DNA from: Trypanosoma brucei
Taxonomy: Eukaryota
Reading direction: 5' to 3'
NCBI GenBank assembly: GCA_000002445.1
Contig: CM000208.1
Coordinates: forward strand, 2,368,001-2,432,000
Length of the DNA: 64,000 bases
Under the pieces are notes generated by a model. That model was not told the DNA's origin, searched no databases, and was given only the letters and a program-made list of their open reading frames with translations. Below are positions 44,129 through 53,424 of the stretch, one piece after another (within the stretch, counting starts at the first letter, position 1; each line of letters opens with the position of its first letter). Position numbers and translations under genes: made by a program.

Positions 44129-44140
44129 AATGTGTGTTTG
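44097..44140. repeat. Compound (TA)n(TG)n microsatellite
   Basis: atatatatatatatgtgtgtgtgtgtgtgaatgtgtgtttg read directly. A second (TA)n lies at about 44823-44841. Confidence 0.9.
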
Positions 44141-44886
44141 CGGAAAGTTACTAACAGGGAGGGAAAGGGAGTAATGAAACTGCATACGCGTGTGTAAGAT
44201 CATTGCTATGCAGGAGTGGTAATGTTCCCTTTCATGTTGTAGTCCCCTTTTCCCTGACCCTTCCACACCCCGAGACCCTTGTTATGAGGTTTTTTTTTCA
44301 ATAATAAATGGAGTGGAATATTCATATGGGTCATTAGTCGCACCGCCTTTTTATTTTTTCTCTACCTTCTTAGTACTACGACTGCCACCGAACTGTGATT
44401 TTTTTTTCCTCCTCTTCAGTATATGCGTGTGTGTTAACCTACACATTGAAAACATACTTACAAACTGCGCGCCGCTGATTAAATAAGAGCATGTCAGGCC
44501 GTGCACATTTTTAATTCCTGAGCATCAATATCAGCATTGCACTTGTTTTTTTTTTTGACCTTTTGTTTGCTTCGCCGCACTCTTGCCTCATTACCTCCCC
44601 ACCTTCATCTCGTTACTCCATATTTACTTTTTTCTCTTGTGTGTACGTGTGGACGATATATGAAAAAATAAAAAAAAATCTGTATTCAGTTGTTCACAGT
44701 ATAAAGTCGTTGGGTGCCGTAGCCCTACCGTTGTTGTTTATTATTAGGGCTTCGACGCATTGTAGAAAAAACAAAAGGTTGTAATTTATCAACGGTTGTT
44801 TGAATAAGAAGCGGGCAAATACATATATATATATATATATTGTAGCCTCGGTCTAAACAACGCGGCACGATTTTCGTTCCAGCCGA

Positions 44887-46119
44887 ATGTCCTCACGAGC
44901 ATGGGTTGACGAGGCGGACATCACCATCGAAAAGAATTTGCCCGAATTTATTAAACAGAGCCAAAAACTCCCCGCGTGGGCAAGGAACAATGCAGGAAGC
45001 GGTACTAAAGGGGGTTTAGGTGGAGAATCCTCCTCTCCATTTCCCAACTTAAGTGCGCAACTGGCGGGACAAAAGCGTTTCCGCGATCGTGACCTCGATG
45101 CACTTCTGGCACGTACCGAGCCGTTACTGACATCGAAGCATGAGCGCCGTAGCACAACCGTACCGCCGGTACTATCTGTACTACCGCTACCTTCTGACGC
45201 AGCGCGTACTGTCCATTGGCATCGCAACGGCCAACTGGCCATCGTTGGGGGAAATAATCATGTGTACCTTTTCCATGCCGCTGGTCGTTTTGTTGAGGAA
45301 ATATCAAAGACTCACGTTGGAAAACGCATCAAGCAAACAACACTAACCGCCACAGGAGAGGACCTAATTATTGTTGGTAACGGAATATACACCCCTAATC
45401 TCCTGCACCTCGCTACAGAAAAATTAATCCCTCTAAACTTCCTGTGCACTCGGGAGCTCGCTCCACACCGAAATGGGCGGCGTGACAACAGCAAATATGA
45501 TTTCCACATAAGTAAAGTCGCCACTCCAGAAGGAGGAGCCGGAGAGAATATTGTAGGTATGGCCCATGGAGCCACCATTACGGTTGCTTCCATCGCTTCA
45601 GCTAGTATAATGCATCGCATTGATCTGAGTGACCCCGTGGTAGATATGGCCTTCACTAGTAGTGCTCAGGAACTTACCGTTGCCACACGCAATAAGTTGA
45701 CTGTCTACGATCTTCGCAAGAGTTCACAGTTTCTTCGTGAGCTGCACGACAAGGGTATGGTTGGTATTACAACATTTGCATGCAGCAACTCGATGGTTGC
45801 CGTTGGTTCCACTAGTGGCATCGTGGGACTCTACAGTGGGAGCTCCTTGGCGACGCCGGTCAAGACATTAAAAAATTTAACAACAAGTATCGATTGCGTG
45901 GCTTTTGGTGAGCGGAGTAATGGAGACTCAGTACTAGCATTTTGTTCTGGCAGTCAAAAGGCAGGGTTTAGGTTAGCCTCACTTCCAGATTGCCGTGTTG
46001 TGCCATCGTTTCCTACTGTGAGTGTGCGACATGACTTCGTACAAAGTATGACAATGGCCCCAACGGTGCCAATTTTGTCTGTCGGAGAGAAGACGCGAGT
46101 GACAAACTATGCGCTCTAA
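44887..46119 (+). CDS. WD40-repeat protein, possibly the U3 snoRNP/SSU-processome component UTP18 homologue
   Basis: C-terminal two-thirds shows WD-like beta-strand repeats (LAIVGGNNHVYLF..., LIIVGNGIYT..., ITVASIASASIMHRIDL..., LTVATRNKLTVYDL..., MVAVGSTSGIVGLYS...). The N-terminal basic region with LPAW is reminiscent of UTP18. Assignment is tentative. Confidence 0.4.
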   Translation: MSSRAWVDEADITIEKNLPEFIKQSQKLPAWARNNAGSGTKGGLGGESSSPFPNLSAQLAGQKRFRDRDLDALLARTEPLLTSKHERRSTTVPPVLSVLPLPSDAARTVHWHRNGQLAIVGGNNHVYLFHAAGRFVEEISKTHVGKRIKQTTLTATGEDLIIVGNGIYTPNLLHLATEKLIPLNFLCTRELAPHRNGRRDNSKYDFHISKVATPEGGAGENIVGMAHGATITVASIASASIMHRIDLSDPVVDMAFTSSAQELTVATRNKLTVYDLRKSSQFLRELHDKGMVGITTFACSNSMVAVGSTSGIVGLYSGSSLATPVKTLKNLTTSIDCVAFGERSNGDSVLAFCSGSQKAGFRLASLPDCRVVPSFPTVSVRHDFVQSMTMAPTVPILSVGEKTRVTNYAL

Positions 46120-47156
46120 AAGTTACGCCAATGTGCGCGCAGCGGGTCAGAGTGGTGTTTTCTTTTTGTTTTTTCCCCCTCTCCCTCGCTGACTCTGCGC
46201 ACTTGGAACTTTTTTGGTGATTCACGTTCCCACTCTGCACCTTGTTGCTATTGCTGTATTATTGGTACTGAGCACCATTGGCATCATTCGCCAGATTCTT
46301 TCCTATGATTGATCGTGGCGTCGCTGCGTACCGCATTGTTGTAGGGGGTGAAAACGGAATTTTGGACCAACGCTGGTGGGAAGAGAGAAGCAAAAGAGAG
46401 AAGTGGCCGGTATTCAAGGAGTGAATCAACGAAACAAGGTGAAGTTCGTAGTTAACCGTCGCTTCACGAATAGGATAACAAAAACTGGAGGGTAAGTTAC
46501 GATTAAAATGCCATTTAAGTGACAGCGGAATATCCCCCTTCCTCGCCTCTCCATGCAAACTTACGCTGGGGAGGCGAGAGTTTGTGTATATGTGCTAAAG
46601 AGGAACTACGCGCGGGCAAAAAAGAGGAAGCTTCCCCCCCCCCTTTATTTTACCTGCGTGTCGGTATCAATAGCACTTTTTCTAATATGATACGGATTAA
46701 AATATGATTTGAATCGCACCTCTTTTTAAGGTGGGATGTTCAACACGATCACCCCATGATATTGTTGAATATTTACTGACCGCGACGGTCTTTCACACTG
46801 CTTCTGCAGTCGTGCCTTTTATACAGTAACTGTTCCGTGGTATATTCTTTTTTGTTGATTCTTCGCTTCCTCCTAACGGTATATTAAGGTTGGAAGGAAG
46901 GGTGGGAACACTTCTGTGCCCATATAGACGAATTGGATGGGTGCGGCGTCGTTAGCCACTGAGAAGGTAATATAGTGATAGCAATAATAACACGAGGAGA
47001 CAATTTTCTCTTTTAAAAAACTTTGGGTAAAGAGAAATAAATTAAAATAAACGCGTATCAAACATATTAAGATATAAAATAAGTACCGTTTGCAGGGCAG
47101 GAAAAGAAAAAGAAGCAAACCATAGAAGACAGGTGAGACAGTGCTAGAGTCCATTC

Positions 47157-48929
47157 ATGCGTATTGTAATCGATGTCGATGCGGTTTTACCCATCAGATA
47201 TGCCGATGACGAGAATAATGTGGACAGCAACTGCAAGCCATTTAATATCATTGAGGACAACTCCCAGTCTGACAATGATGAAGAATCGATTACCAAACGA
47301 GGTACGGAGAAGAAACCCGCAGCTCCCGTAGTGCGAAAGAGGTCAAGGCCTCCCTCTTCTCATTCCTCAAGTGCCCTGTATTCAGCTCTTCAACCCCGAA
47401 AGAACTGGGCCAAGAATATGTTTCGTGGGGATACACCGTATAGTCTGCTGAAGCGGGAGGATCTCTTTGAGCGATGTAACTACATCATGGACCATGACGA
47501 TTTCGTATGGTGCAGTGAGAATAACGTACCGCACACGCTCTTTGCCGACGCCGTTACGCAGCTTGAGAGGAGGTACGCCACGTGCTTGCTGGAGACCGTC
47601 AAAAATAGAACTGCAGCAGGCGGAGCGAGTAGCGAGGAGAATGTTTCCAATTGGAGCGAACAAACCATGGGTCTCGGTGATGGCCGGGGCTACGGTTTGG
47701 CCGGAGGGATAGCATGCGGTGTATGCTCACAGAAAGAGCGTAGTGAGCGAGCGGGTGATCGCTTTCTTCGTTGCAGGCGCTGTGGTGTTCAGGCTCACCT
47801 TAGCTGTTGGTACCTCAATCAACTTCCCCTCGACGTGGAAGACTGGTCATGTCCAGCTTGTCATGTTGCCCGCCGTGAGAAAGGCTTAGGTCATTGTTGT
47901 GTTTGTCGCCGAAAGGGTGGTGTGATGCTACCGTACATGTCGGGTGTGGAGTGGCGAAGGTATGAACAGTTAGCCAGTCACGAAATACCTAAAGAAGATT
48001 CTCCAGCAGCAGCTTTTTGTCATGTTGTGTGCGCCCTTGCATTCTCTGAGTTGTTGATTGATGAGCAACGAAGGGTTGTGCATCCCGCAAAACGAGCTAA
48101 GAGGGTTGGCGTTATTGCATTATGTGTCTTCTGCCGTAGCAACAGTGGTGAGGGTCTAACAATGTGTCACCACAAGCGGTGCTTCACCTCCATGCATCCC
48201 GCATGCGCACAGATTGCTGGTACTATTGAATGTTACCGCGCAGAGAGCGTGCCAGCGGGCTCAGCGTGGGGTGGTTGCAATGTGTATTGTAGCGATCACT
48301 TCAGAGAAGCGCTGAGTGTTGCTGCACATTCAGAGGTGACTAGTGTAAACGCGGAGTCAGCGGCTCTTAAACATGTAACGCCCAGCGGACTGGTGACCCT
48401 CGAGAATGATAACCACGTAGAGGGTTCGAATTTGGCTGGTGTTGTTTCTAATTCTGCTGTAGCTCCCTCTCTGGATGCAGTCAAGTTGCGTTGGGTGGAG
48501 AAGCGGGCACAGCGACTACGTGAAAGTGCACAGATGGTGGAGGAGATTAGAAAGGGAAAGCGTGACATTTTGTCGGTGCTTTTTCGTCCCGAGGTAGTAA
48601 AAGTCTCAGCAACGGAAGTTCAGCTCTCCCGTTTCGTTTTCCTTATACCTGAGCTGCAGCAACATATTAATTCCGCCGTCGAGGGTATATTACCCGTTGT
48701 AGATGACGAGTATGAAGATGTGCAGCGATACAGGAAGGTGCAATCACGTACCCGTCACGCTGGAAACACCGTGCAACTTTACCAAAAGATGCAGCAGGTC
48801 GTTTCGCACGTTGATGTGTTTTGTGAACTAAGTAATGTTATCCGTAAGCGGGCTGCTCTTCGGCGTGAGTGGGTGGAAACTGAACTTAAAATTTTACATC
48901 AGCGCTGTGGTATCGCCGACGACAATTAG
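47157..48929 (+). CDS. PHD finger + extended PHD (ePHD) zinc-finger protein, BRPF/JADE/AF10-like chromatin reader
   Basis: Canonical PHD CGVCSQ...RFLRCRRCGVQAHLSCWYLNQLPLDVEDWSCPACH (C4HC3). Then ePHD CCVCRRKGGVMLPY...AFCHVVCALAF...CVFCRSNSGEGLTMCHHKRCFTSMHPACAQIAG...CSDH. An acidic N-terminal region and a C-terminal helical region are present. Confidence 0.7.
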   Translation: MRIVIDVDAVLPIRYADDENNVDSNCKPFNIIEDNSQSDNDEESITKRGTEKKPAAPVVRKRSRPPSSHSSSALYSALQPRKNWAKNMFRGDTPYSLLKREDLFERCNYIMDHDDFVWCSENNVPHTLFADAVTQLERRYATCLLETVKNRTAAGGASSEENVSNWSEQTMGLGDGRGYGLAGGIACGVCSQKERSERAGDRFLRCRRCGVQAHLSCWYLNQLPLDVEDWSCPACHVARREKGLGHCCVCRRKGGVMLPYMSGVEWRRYEQLASHEIPKEDSPAAAFCHVVCALAFSELLIDEQRRVVHPAKRAKRVGVIALCVFCRSNSGEGLTMCHHKRCFTSMHPACAQIAGTIECYRAESVPAGSAWGGCNVYCSDHFREALSVAAHSEVTSVNAESAALKHVTPSGLVTLENDNHVEGSNLAGVVSNSAVAPSLDAVKLRWVEKRAQRLRESAQMVEEIRKGKRDILSVLFRPEVVKVSATEVQLSRFVFLIPELQQHINSAVEGILPVVDDEYEDVQRYRKVQSRTRHAGNTVQLYQKMQQVVSHVDVFCELSNVIRKRAALRREWVETELKILHQRCGIADDN

Positions 48930-49279
48930 CCGCGGCAGTAGTGTTGTGAACACATTCCCCCTCCCCTCCGCTGTGTAGACCATGTACCTTCCGGAATTTA
49001 AGTATTTGCAATAGCGCCATGTGTACACCAAGCACAGGGGGCACGGTATGAAGGCGCAAAACAGAAGTAGAGGACCCATTTTCCCACGGGTCTTCGTGGG
49101 GTAATATGAATACGCTCTGTATGGCTTATTGTCATAGTGGAACTTTCGCTCCTCTCCCTTTTTTCCTTCTATCCGTTATTTGTTTTGTTGGTGACCTTCG
49201 TGTGGAATGTTAAGAGGGGGATCCCTTGCAACCCACCAGTTGCTTACCGCGTTTTGTGGTGCGTTCCTCGTTTTTTTAG

Positions 49280-49765
49280 ATGCGGGTACTCACGCACCAC
49301 CGACATGCCGTCAATAGGGGAAGTGCGACCCTCGGTGGTCTGACTATGGTGAACACCGCGTATTCCTTCCTCTTTGCATTCCCTGTTGCTGTGGTTTCGC
49401 TAGTCGTGCGGTGGCACAAAAAACTCACTTTGAATCAGCGAGCGCTTTGCGTAACTTGCCTGGTCGTGTGGACGCTCGTGGACGTGCTGCGTCTACACTT
49501 GGGATATAGCGGTAACCGAAAACAGTACGTGCCCTCTCTAATCGGCTTTTTTGTGATGACCCTTCTGCCGCAGCTTCCCCTCGCCATAGCTTATAACTTA
49601 GCTTGGCCACATCTTAGCTCTCTCGACTACGCCACGAGTACAGTGATGATAATGTTGCTCGTAGCGGAGATCGTGTTTAGTCTCCGGGTGATCGTTCGAC
49701 TTATTCGCAATAATCGCATAGACTACTATGTGTATGGGCCATACCATGTCCGGGATCTCTACTAG
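49280..49765 (+). CDS. Small 4-helix transmembrane protein (hypothetical); probable start at nt 49346 (MVNTAYSF...)
   Basis: Four hydrophobic segments of about 20 residues (AYSFLFAFPVAVVSLVV; ALCVTCLVVWTLVDVL; LIGFFVMTLLPQLPLAIAY; TVMIMLLVAEIVFSLRVIV). Size and topology recall ciliary transition-zone tetraspans (TMEM17/80/216), but no motif-level support. Confidence 0.35.
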   Translation: MRVLTHHRHAVNRGSATLGGLTMVNTAYSFLFAFPVAVVSLVVRWHKKLTLNQRALCVTCLVVWTLVDVLRLHLGYSGNRKQYVPSLIGFFVMTLLPQLPLAIAYNLAWPHLSSLDYATSTVMIMLLVAEIVFSLRVIVRLIRNNRIDYYVYGPYHVRDLY

Positions 49766-50208
49766 CTGTCATAAGCTTAATGTTACTCATATTGTAACGA
49801 CTTCCACAAACGCTCACGTGCTTCATTCGACGACAATATGGTGTTGCTTGTGGCGTTCAGAATATTTTTTACCATCATTGAGTGTACAGTATACTACTGC
49901 TTAAAGTGTGTCATTTGTTTCTCCACGATTGTTAGTAGTGCGACCTGGCGCGTGAGCCAGTGACACACCTGATTTTGTGGGCACGTGGTGGAGGTGTTCA
50001 CAATGTTTTTCATTCAAATGTCTCTCCTTATTTTCGACGTTGTGGGTTGCTTTGTTTTGTGGGTGCATATGTATATATATATGCAATGAACTGCAGGAAC
50101 GGTTAGGGACGGTGAGGGACTAAAGCACCGCGAACCTTCGGACTCTGCCACCTTTCCATTGCAGCAGCAACAACTGCACCAGGAAAGCATTAGCCATCGT
50201 AAAGGATT

Positions 50209-51393
50209 ATGACGGAGCGTACCGACACTATTCGCGAGTTGTTCCACAAAAGCAGCCCCTATCGCCCCGGTGGCGATGACTTCGCTGAGCTCACTGCTCT
50301 GAAATCTCACACATTTTACGAAACCTTTCAGGTCGTCACATCCACAGCAAAGGTCGCGGTGCGAAACACGCGTGCTAGCATCAAAGCAGCTCTCCGCGCC
50401 ATGGAACAATTTAGCCCCGCAGTTTCAGATCAAGAGAGTGCCTTACTGTTACAGGAGGCGGAGTTACTCGCGGCTTCCGACGCCATAAAGGAACTCATTG
50501 CATCGCTGAAGAACGCGTGTGTGCAGTCGGAGAAGTCTGGAAGCCGGTGGGGTGCTGCTGTGTCAAGGAAAGGGGATGAGGCACAGGACGCTAAGACTGG
50601 GAAGCCGTCAAACCAAATGCTTTTGCATCTCGAGACAGCCCTCGAGGTTGTCGGGCTATGCACCGGTCGATGGAGGCTTTTGCTGGCCCTATGCAAAGAG
50701 GAGCTCATCTTGTATAAGCAGGAGATGTTCTCTTTTGGGCGTATTGGAGTACTTTCTTGTCAAGATCCAGTGAAAGAAAAGTGTGGGGACGCTGAGAGTT
50801 CAATCAGCAGGCGCGAACCGGACGTAGAAAGACCACAAGAACTGGACCTGCCAATTGGCTGTAGTGTAGAGAAGCCAAAAGATGCAACCCAAGCGGTTAT
50901 GTCGGTGGTAGACCGTGTCATGAAGGAGGCAGCGAGGAGGGTGACGGTGGCACCGCTTCCTCTCAATAGCGGTGTATGGTCAAAAATACGGGGAAACAAA
51001 AGCAATTGCAGGAACGTCTGGAACGCGGATATCTCTGAAGTTCCCGTTCCTCAATTCGAGTACAGTTTAGAGGAGCAGCAGCAACTAAGGGTTGAAAATG
51101 CGATGCTGGAAAAGCATCAAAGACTAGTCTCCGCCGAAGATGCGAAGGCTGTTGAAGTCTCTGTTCGTGAATTGTCGCAGTTGACCTCCCTCATCAGCGA
51201 ACGAGTCATTCAGCAGAACGAACAGTTCTCCATTCTTTTGAAAAATACTGAAGCGGCGCAGAACAACATGCAGCGAGGAATAGGCGAAGTTAAGCAAACT
51301 CTTACGCATTTTTGGAACCCAACCCGACAGCTGATAGCAGTTCTGTGGACCAGCATCATCGTGCTTCTGTTAGCCAACTGGATCATTCGCTAA
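50209..51393 (+). CDS. Qa-SNARE (syntaxin-like, possibly syntaxin-18/Ufe1-type) with C-terminal transmembrane anchor
   Basis: C-terminal SNARE heptad region LSQLTSLISERVIQQNEQFSILLKNTEAAQNNMQRGIGEVKQ with a central Gln. A hydrophobic tail anchor WTSIIVLLLANWIIR follows directly. Long helical N-terminal domain. Confidence 0.5.
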   Translation: MTERTDTIRELFHKSSPYRPGGDDFAELTALKSHTFYETFQVVTSTAKVAVRNTRASIKAALRAMEQFSPAVSDQESALLLQEAELLAASDAIKELIASLKNACVQSEKSGSRWGAAVSRKGDEAQDAKTGKPSNQMLLHLETALEVVGLCTGRWRLLLALCKEELILYKQEMFSFGRIGVLSCQDPVKEKCGDAESSISRREPDVERPQELDLPIGCSVEKPKDATQAVMSVVDRVMKEAARRVTVAPLPLNSGVWSKIRGNKSNCRNVWNADISEVPVPQFEYSLEEQQQLRVENAMLEKHQRLVSAEDAKAVEVSVRELSQLTSLISERVIQQNEQFSILLKNTEAAQNNMQRGIGEVKQTLTHFWNPTRQLIAVLWTSIIVLLLANWIIR

Positions 51394-51769
51394 GCTATAT
51401 CTGCGTCTAATGCAGACGTGGTGGTTGGAAATGACACAACCGAGGGGGTGAGAAAACCTCGTGTGGAGTCGTCGCGTAATGGTTAATTAAGTGCATGTAC
51501 AAAAGACCGCGTGATGTTGCACGCGTATACTTATCCATACTCACTGCTCGAGTTGTTAGTATCTCCTACTTTTTTCGGTGTTATTCCCTTTTTTTCCTTC
51601 CACGCCTTTGGTTACTGTGAATAGCACTGGTGCTGCCCGCGTGCGGTGCTAGCCTACAGAAGCGACAATATCGATAAGAATCTATTTTTTCGTTTACATA
51701 ACGGCGCAGACATTTTGACCTACTCCCGCTCCTTGCTCACATACAACAAGGAAGCTGGCTCGAGCTGCG

Positions 51770-53149
51770 ATGACGGCGGGACTCGTTTCATCTTTCGGAA
51801 GGTGTGGCGGGGCTGCAGCTGCGCTTTCTACGGTGCTACACACTCGTCAGCCACTTCCATTTGTTTTTTTCACCAAGTGGGCGATGCACGACTTTCATAC
51901 CTCCCGTTGGTCCCGCGCCAGGTCCGATTCACAGCTTCGCCGTACACATCTTGGTAGGAAGTGTACTGAAACACCCATGATGGAAATGGTTTCGGTAAAC
52001 CGTTACGGCGGAAATGCAAAACGTGAGGCGTTGGCACTGGCTTTTCGTACGTACCGTAGTGTGTGTCAATCATCCGAGACCCTGCAAGCTGGACGAGAAG
52101 CCGTGTCTCAAGTTCAACTGGATGACTTTGCATTTGGAGACGACGAAATGGAAGAGGTTGCGACCGATTTCGCATGTCTTTACCTTAATGCCACTGTGCT
52201 TTTTGTGTCTCCACCCTCGGAGGAGATGATGGTGGGACTGCTCTCTTGTCTATCAAAGGTGCTGCACAACTCATTCCACTGGGAATGTGTCCTCTCTGTG
52301 CTTGTTGCATTACTGCATCCAGAGGCAACATCTGCCAGGGTATTTGTCACAGCTTTTACCATGATGCTACGTGAATCACTGGGCGAAAGCGTACCAAAAA
52401 CCTTCTCACGTGACGGTGTAGTGTTGTTGCTGCTTTCCGTAGCACGAGCCACTGCTATATTACGTGAAAATGAAGCGTCGAGTAAAGATATGGTCTACCT
52501 CCTTGCTCTCCAACAGAATGCCTTGGTGGAACTGTGTTGTACACCGGGAGCGGCCCCTTTACCACGGGAGGAGCTACTTGTTCTAACGGACGCCATCTGT
52601 TGGCGGTTTGCAGCCACCGGAGGGTGCTTACACTTGCGTGAGCCGTCACTTGACAGCGTGGTGAAGCAGCTGCAACTATCGAGTAAGGCAGTACTTGATG
52701 TGCTGGTGGTGTCGGAGTGCACAAAACTTTTCTGCGCTTCGTGTTTAGCTTTGGTCCCGCCTAGTTCAGAGGGGAATCCGCGGCCCCAGTGCCAGCACCA
52801 GTGGCAGACGACGCTCGATCCCCTCGTTTCTCATCTGGACCGTTTAGTCCGCGTACACTCCATTGTAGATGCTCTCTGTGTGTTCGTTGGGCTTTCGGTA
52901 AATGGCGATGCGAGAGCCCGGTATCGTAAATATCCATTGGCACTCCTGGAGCATCTACAGGAAGAACAAGACGTGGGAAATATATTTACTGAGTTGTTGA
53001 GGAGCGGCGGCAGCGATGTCTTCGCTGCCCTGACTAGTACCTTAACTGAGTTACGCAACAGCGGAGAGGATGACTTAGCAGATGCAGTAAGCCCCCTGTT
53101 AAACGCACTCTCTACAGAGGTACCGCGTGCGGCAGCGTCGTCCTCGTGA
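51770..53149 (+). CDS. Hypothetical helical protein; alternative starts at nt 51884 or further downstream (MMEMVSVNRYG)
   Basis: Intact 459-codon ORF in the + array. Leu/Ala/Val-rich helical composition. No recognisable domain. Confidence 0.4.
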   Translation: MTAGLVSSFGRCGGAAAALSTVLHTRQPLPFVFFTKWAMHDFHTSRWSRARSDSQLRRTHLGRKCTETPMMEMVSVNRYGGNAKREALALAFRTYRSVCQSSETLQAGREAVSQVQLDDFAFGDDEMEEVATDFACLYLNATVLFVSPPSEEMMVGLLSCLSKVLHNSFHWECVLSVLVALLHPEATSARVFVTAFTMMLRESLGESVPKTFSRDGVVLLLLSVARATAILRENEASSKDMVYLLALQQNALVELCCTPGAAPLPREELLVLTDAICWRFAATGGCLHLREPSLDSVVKQLQLSSKAVLDVLVVSECTKLFCASCLALVPPSSEGNPRPQCQHQWQTTLDPLVSHLDRLVRVHSIVDALCVFVGLSVNGDARARYRKYPLALLEHLQEEQDVGNIFTELLRSGGSDVFAALTSTLTELRNSGEDDLADAVSPLLNALSTEVPRAAASSS

Positions 53150-53424
53150 CACACGTGGAATTATACGTGCATACCCTTGCTCACTCATCACACACGGAAA
53201 ACCAGCTATTGTTTGCCGTGTGCAATCTGTAGAGAATATTCCGTGCACAGTTGCACCTTCTTCATCTGTTAAATGCTGGGTCTTCCGCTCTTCCTCATAT
53301 GGCACACCAACACATGCGTCCCTTTTGTTTACAAAACCATAGAAAGTATTCAATACACCGTGGGCAGGCTGAGCACATCTGCGAAACGAGTTAAGGCAGA
53401 GTTCTCCACACGTCGTAGGGAACA

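Noticed and set aside
48415-48435. tRNA T-loop-like string gagggttcgaatttgg
   Set aside because: It lies inside the PHD-finger CDS with no surrounding cloverleaf complementarity, so it is a coincidental match. No other tRNA-like box A/box B pair was found by eye.
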